A DNA stretch of 64,000 nucleotides from Eledone cirrhosa. Its lineage: Eukaryota. The position numbers were made by a program, and so were the translations under genes. Positions 59,001-64,000 of the stretch are shown one piece after another (positions within the stretch are counted from its first letter, which is position 1; every line of letters begins with the position of its first letter). A model generated the notes under the pieces. The model did not search any database. It was not told where the DNA came from and saw only the letters and a program-made list of their open reading frames with translations. The stretch is from NCBI GenBank assembly GCA_964016885.1, contig OZ024743.1, forward strand, positions 138,632,001-138,696,000, in the 5' to 3' direction.

Positions 59001-62000
59001 TGCTTGGTACTTGGTGCTTGGTGCTTGGTGTTAGGTGTTTGGTGCTTGGTGCTTGGTGTTTGGTTTTTGGTGCTTGGTGCTTGGTGTTTGGTGTTTGGTG
59101 CTTGCTGCTGGCTGCTTGGTGTTTGATGCTTGGTGATTGGTGCTTGGTGTTTTGGGCTTGGTGTTTGGTGTTTGGTGCTAGGTGCTTGGTGTTTGGTGCT
59201 TGGTGCTTGGTGCTTGGTGTTTGGTGTTTGGTGCTTGGTGCTTGGTGTTTGGTGCTTGGTGCTGGGTGGTTGGTGTTTAGTGCTTGGTGTTTAGTGCTGG
59301 GTGCTTGGTGTTTGGTGCTTGGTGCTTGGTCTTTGGTGCTTGGTGTTTGGTGTCTGGTGCTTGGTGCTTGGTGCTTGGTGTTTGGTGCTTGGTGCTTGGT
59401 GCTTGGTGTTTGGTGCTTGGTGCTTAGTGTTTGGTGCTTGGTGCTTAGTGTTTGGTGCTAGGTGCTTGGTGTTTGGTGCTTGGTGCTTGGTGTTTGGTGC
59501 CTGGTGCTTGGTGTTTGGTGTTTGGTGTTTGGTGCTTGGTGCTTGGTGTTTGGTGTTTGTTGTTTGGTGTTTGTTGTTTGGTGTTTGTTGTTTGGTGTTT
59601 GCTGTTTGGTGTTTGCTTTTTGGTGTTTGGTGTTTGCTGTATGTTGTTTGCTGTTTGGTGTTTGGTGTTTGGTGTTTGGTGCTTGGTGTTTGGTGCTTGG
59701 TGCTTGGTATTTGGTGCCTGGTGCTTGGTGCTTGGTGCTTGGTGTTTGGTGTTTTGTGCTTGGTGCTTGGATTTTGGTGTTTGGTGCTTGGTGATTGGTG
59801 ATTCGTGTTTCGTGTTTGGTTTTTGGTGATTGGTGCTTGGTGCTTGGTCCTTGGTGTTTGGTGCTGGGTGCTTTGTGTTTGGTGCTTGGTGCTTGGTGCT
59901 TGGTGTTTGGTGTTTGCTGCTTGGTGTTTGATGCTTGGTGCTTGGTGCTTGGTATTTTGTGTTTGGTGCTTGGTGCTTGGTGTTTGGTGCTTGGTGCTTG
60001 GTGCTTGGTGTTTGTACTTGGTGCTTGGTGATTGGTGTTTGGTTCTTGGTTCTTGGTGTTTGGTGTTTGGCGTTTGGTGTTTGGTGTTTGGTGCTTGGTG
60101 TTTGGTGCTTGGTGCTTGGTGTTTGGTGCCTGGTGCTTGGTGCTTGGTGCTTGGTGTTTGGTGTTTGGTGCTTGGTGCTTGGTGCTTGGAGTTTGGTGTT
60201 TGGTGCTTAGTGCTTGGTGTTTTGTGTTTGGTGTTTGGTTTTTGGTCCTTGGTGCTTGGTCCTTGGTGTTTGGTGCTGGGTGCTTTGTGTTTGGTGCTTG
60301 GTGCTTGGTGTTTGGTGTTTGCTGCTTGGTGTTTGGTGCTTGGTGCTTGGTGCTTGGTGTTAGTACTTGGTGCTTGGTGCTTGGTGTTTGGTTCTTGGTT
60401 CTTGGTGTTTGGTACTTGGTGCTTGGTGCTTGATGTTTGGTGTTTGGTGCTTGGTGTTTGGTGCTTGGTGCTTGGTGCTTGGTGTTGGTGTTTGGTGCTT
60501 GGTCCTTGGTGTTTGGTGCTTGGTGTTTGGTGTTTGCTGTTTGGTGTTTGGTGTTTGGTGTTTGGTGTTTGCTGTTTGGTGTCTGCTTTTTGGTGTTTAG
60601 TGTTTGCTGTATGGTGTTTGGTGTTTGCTGTTTGGTGTTTGGTGTTTGGTGCTTGGTGTTTGGTGCTTGGTGCTTGGTGTTTGGTGTTTGGTGCTTTGTG
60701 CTTGGTGTTTGGTGTTTGGTGCTTGGTGTTTGGTGTTTGGTGCTTGGTGTCTGGTGCTTGGTGTTTGGTGTTTGGTGCTTGCTGCTGGCTGCTTCGTGTT
60801 TGATGCATGGTGATTGGTGCTTGGTGTTTGGTGCTTGGTGTTTGGTGTTTGATGCTTGGTGCTTGGTGCTTGGTGTTTGGTGCTTGGTGCTTGGTGTTTG
60901 GTGCTTGGTGCTTGGTGTTTGGTGCTTGGTGTTTGGTGCTTGGTGCTTGGTGTTTGGTGTTTGGTGCTTGGTGTTGGGTGCTTGGTACTTGGTGCTTGGT
61001 GCTTGGTGTTAGGTGTTTGGTGCTTGGTGCTTGGTGTCTGGTGTCTGGTTTTTGGTGCTTGGTGCTTGGTGTTTGGTGTTTGGTGCTTACTGCTGGCTGC
61101 TTGGTGTTTGGTGCTTGGTGAATGCTGCTTGGTGTTTGGTGCTTGGTGTTTGTACTTGGTGCTTGGTGCTTGGTTCTTGGTGTTTGCTGCTTGGTGCTTG
61201 GTGTTTGGTGCTTGGTGTTTGGTGTTTGGTGCTTGGTGTTTGGTGCTTGGTGTTTGGTGCTTGGTGCTTGGTGCTTGGTGTTTGGTGCTTGGTGTTTGGT
61301 GCTTGGTGTTAGGTGTTTGGTGCTTGGTGCTTGGTGTTTGCTGTTTGCTGTTTGGTGTTTGGTGTTTGGTGTTTGCTGTTTCGTGTCTACTTTTTGGTGT
61401 TTGGTTTTTTGCTGTATGTTGTTTGGTGTTTGGTGTTTGGTGCTTGGTGCTTGGTGTTTGTACTTGATGCTTGGTGCTTGGTTCTTGGTGTTTGGTGCTT
61501 GGTGCTTGGTGTTTGGTGCTTGGTGTTTGGTGTTTGGTGCTTGGTGTTTGGTGCTTGGTGTTTGGTGCTTGGTGCTTGGTGCTTGGTGCTTGGTGTTTGG
61601 TGCTTGGTGTTTGGTGCTTGGTGTTCGATGCTTGGTGCTTGGTGCTTGGTGTTTGGTGCTTGGTGCTTGGTGTTTGTACTTGGTGCTTGGTGCTCGGTTC
61701 TTGGTGTTTGGTGCTTGGTGCTTGGTGTTTGGTGCTTGGTGCTTGGTGTTTGGTGCTTGGTGTTTGGTGCTTGGTGTTTGGTGCTTGGTGCTTGGTGCTT
61801 GGTGCTTGGTGTTTGGTGCTTGGTGTTTGGTGCTTGGTGTTAGGTGTTTGGTGCTTGGTGCTTGGTGTTTGGTGCTTGGTGTTTGGTGCTTGGTGTTTGG
61901 TGTTAGGTGTTTGATGCTTGGTGTTGGTGTTTGGTGCTTGGTGTTTGGTGCTTGGTGCTTGGTGTTTGGTGTTTGGTGCTTGGTGTTTGGTGCTTGGTAC

Positions 62001-64000
62001 TTGGTGCTTGGTGCTTGGTGTTAGGTGTTTGGTGCTTGGTGATTGGTTTTTGGTGCTTGGTGCTTGGTGTTTGGTGTTTGGTGCTTGCTGCTGGCTGCTT
62101 GGTGTTTGATGCTTGGTGATTGGTGCTTGGTGTTTGGGGCTTGGTGTTTGGTGTTTGGTGCTAGGTGCTTGGTGTTAGGTGTTTGGTGCTTGGTGCTTGG
62201 TGTTTGGTGTTTGGTGCTTGGTGTTTGGTGTTTGGTGTTTGGTGCTTGGTGTTTGGTGTTTGGTGCTTGGTGTTTGGTGCTTGGTATTTGGTACTTGGTG
62301 CTTGGTGTTAGGTGTTTGGTGCTTGGTGCTTGGTGTTTGGTTTTTGGTGCTTGGTGCTTGGTGTTTGGTGTTTGGTGCTTGCTGCTGGCTGCTTGGTGTT
62401 TGGTGCTTGGTGATTGGTGCTTGGTGTTTGGTGCTAGGTGCTTGGTGCTTGGTGTTTGGTGCTTGGTGCTTGGTGTTTGGTGCTTGGTGCTTGGTGTTTG
62501 GTGCTTGGTGCTGGGTGGTTGGTGTTTGGTGCTTGGTGTTTGGTGCTTGGTGCTTGGTCTTTGGGGCTTGGTGTTTGGTGTTTGGTGCTTGGTGCTTGGT
62601 GCTTGGTGTTTGGTGCTTGGTGCTTGGTGTTTAGTGCTTGGTGCTTAGTGTTTGGTGCTAGGTGCTTGGGGTTTGGTTCTTGGTTCTTGGTGTTAGGTAT
62701 TTGCTGTTTGCTGTTTGGTGTTTGTTGTTTGGTGTTTGTTGTTTGGTGTTTGCTGTTTGGTGTTTGGTGTTTGCTGTTTCGTGTCTGCTTTTTGGTGTTT
62801 GGTGTTTGCTGTATGTTGTTTGGTGTTTGGTGTTTGGTGTTTGGTGTTTGGTGCTTGGTGCTTGGTGCTTGGTGTTTGGTGCTTGGTGCTTGGTGTTTGG
62901 TGCCTGGTGCTTGGTGCTTGGTGTTTGGTGTTTGATGCTTGGTGCTTGGTGCTTGGTGCTTGGTGTTTTGTGTTTGGGGTTTGGTTTTTGGTGCTTGGTG
63001 CTTGGTGCTTGGTCCTTGGTGTTTGGTGCTGGGTGCTTTGTGTTTGGTGCTTGGTGTTTGGTGTTTGCTGCTTGGTGTTTGATGCTTGGTGCTTGGTGCT
63101 TGGTGTTTTGTGTTTGGTGCTTGGTGCTTGGTGTTTGGTGCTTGGTGCTTGGTGTTTGTACTTGGTGCTTGGTGCTTGGTGTTTGGTTCTTGGTTCTTGG
63201 TGTTTGGTACTTGGTGCTTGGTGCTTGGTGCTTGGTGTTTCGTGTTTGGTGCTTGGTGTTTGGTGCTTGGTGCTTGGTGCTTGGTGCTTGGTGCTTGGTG
63301 TTTGGTGCTTGGTGTTTGGTGTTTGCTGTTTGGTGTTTGGTGTTTGGTGTTTGGTGTTTGCTGTTTGGTGTCTGCTTTTTGGTGTTTAGTGTTTGCTGTA
63401 TGGTGTTTGCTGTTTCGTGTTTGGTGTTTGTTGTTTGGAGTTTTGTCTTTGGTGCTTGGTGTTTGGTGCTTGGTGCTTGGTGCTTGGTGTTTGGTGTTTG
63501 GTGCTTGGTGCTTGGTGTTTGGTGTTTGTTGTTTGGTGCTTGGTGTCTGGTGCTTGGTGTTTGGTGTTTGGTGCTTGGTGTTTGGTGTTCGGTGTTTGGT
63601 GCTTTGTGCTTGGTGTTTGGTGTTCGGTGTTTGGTGCTTGGTGTTTGGTGTTTGGTGCTTTTTGCTTGGTGCTTGGTGCTTGGTGTTTGGTGCTTGGTGT
63701 TTGGTGCTGGGTGCTTGGTGCTTGGTGTTTGGTGTTTGGTGCTTGGTGCTTGGTGTTTGGTGTTTGGTGTTATATGCTTGGTGTTTGATGCTTGGTGCTT
63801 GTTGCTTGGTGTTTGGTGTTTGGCGTTTGATGATTGGTGCTTGGTGCTTGGTGTTTGGTGCTTGGTGCTTGGTGTTTGTACTTGGTGCTTGGTGCTTGGT
63901 GCTTGGTGTTTGGTGCTTGGTGTTTGGTGCTTGGTGCTTGGTGCTTGGTGCTTGGTGTTTGGTGGTTGGTGTTTGGTGCTTGGTGTTAGGTGTTTGGTGC
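53012..64000. repeat. More diverged ~3-4 kb higher-order units with many private variants
   Basis: The same landmark order persists (GATGCAT 53140, GATGCGT ~57173, GATGCAT ~60802; T-rich blocks ~55600, 59560, 62700). No long constant ORF offset is seen. GGATTTT is shared at ~55796/59769. Confidence 0.75.

Larger units (their letters stand above)
1..64000. repeat. Heptamer satellite array (GGTGYTT)n / (AARCACC)n, about 9,100-9,200 monomers, single orientation, running off both window edges
   Basis: Every line parses as GGTGCTT or GGTGTTT units with scattered single-base variants. No inversion, spacer or unique sequence was seen. All three + frames translate to the same (VLGAWCL)-type heptad and all - frames to (PSTKHQA), as expected for a 7-bp period. 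Confidence 0.99.

Noticed and set aside
1-64000. CRISPR array or other repeat-spacer system
   Set aside because: There are no unique spacers; the sequence between landmark motifs is the same heptamer. No cas-like or other real ORF is present.
1-64000. Assignment to known heptamer repeats (Drosophila virilis AAACTAC family, cyanobacterial STRR, plant TTTAGGG)
   Set aside because: The unit length is shared but the sequence differs, and bacterial heptamer tracts are far shorter. No taxon can be supported from this window.
1-64000. Synthetic, simulated or base-calling artefact sequence
   Set aside because: Hierarchically nested duplications with lineage-consistent SNPs and exact junctions fit natural satellite evolution. 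Read-level validation of the individual duplications is still needed.

Overview
The whole 64-kb window is one uninterrupted, head-to-tail satellite array of a 7-bp unit, GGTGYTT (GGTGCTT/GGTGTTT; reverse complement AARCACC), roughly 9,100-9,200 monomers. I found no credible gene, RNA gene, transposon, CRISPR array or unique sequence; all listed ORFs are artefacts of the heptamer. The array is not a simple microsatellite. The order of C- and T-type monomers plus recurrent variant monomers (GGTGTTA, GATGCAT, GCTGCTG, 6-bp GTACTT, GGTGTTA-TATGCTT and others) forms a readable barcode. It shows structure at several scales: 7/14/21-bp slippage, 100-220-bp modules, ~0.9-kb and ~3.5-4.5-kb higher-order units, and recent near-identical tandem duplications of 7065, 4209, 2929 (nested) and 4032/3704 bp, some with base-resolved junctions. 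The + strand is almost purely G/T. The best reading is eukaryotic heterochromatic satellite (peri/centromeric or subtelomeric). The organism, chromosomal position and function cannot be determined from this window. All comparisons were made by eye and from ORF-track offsets.
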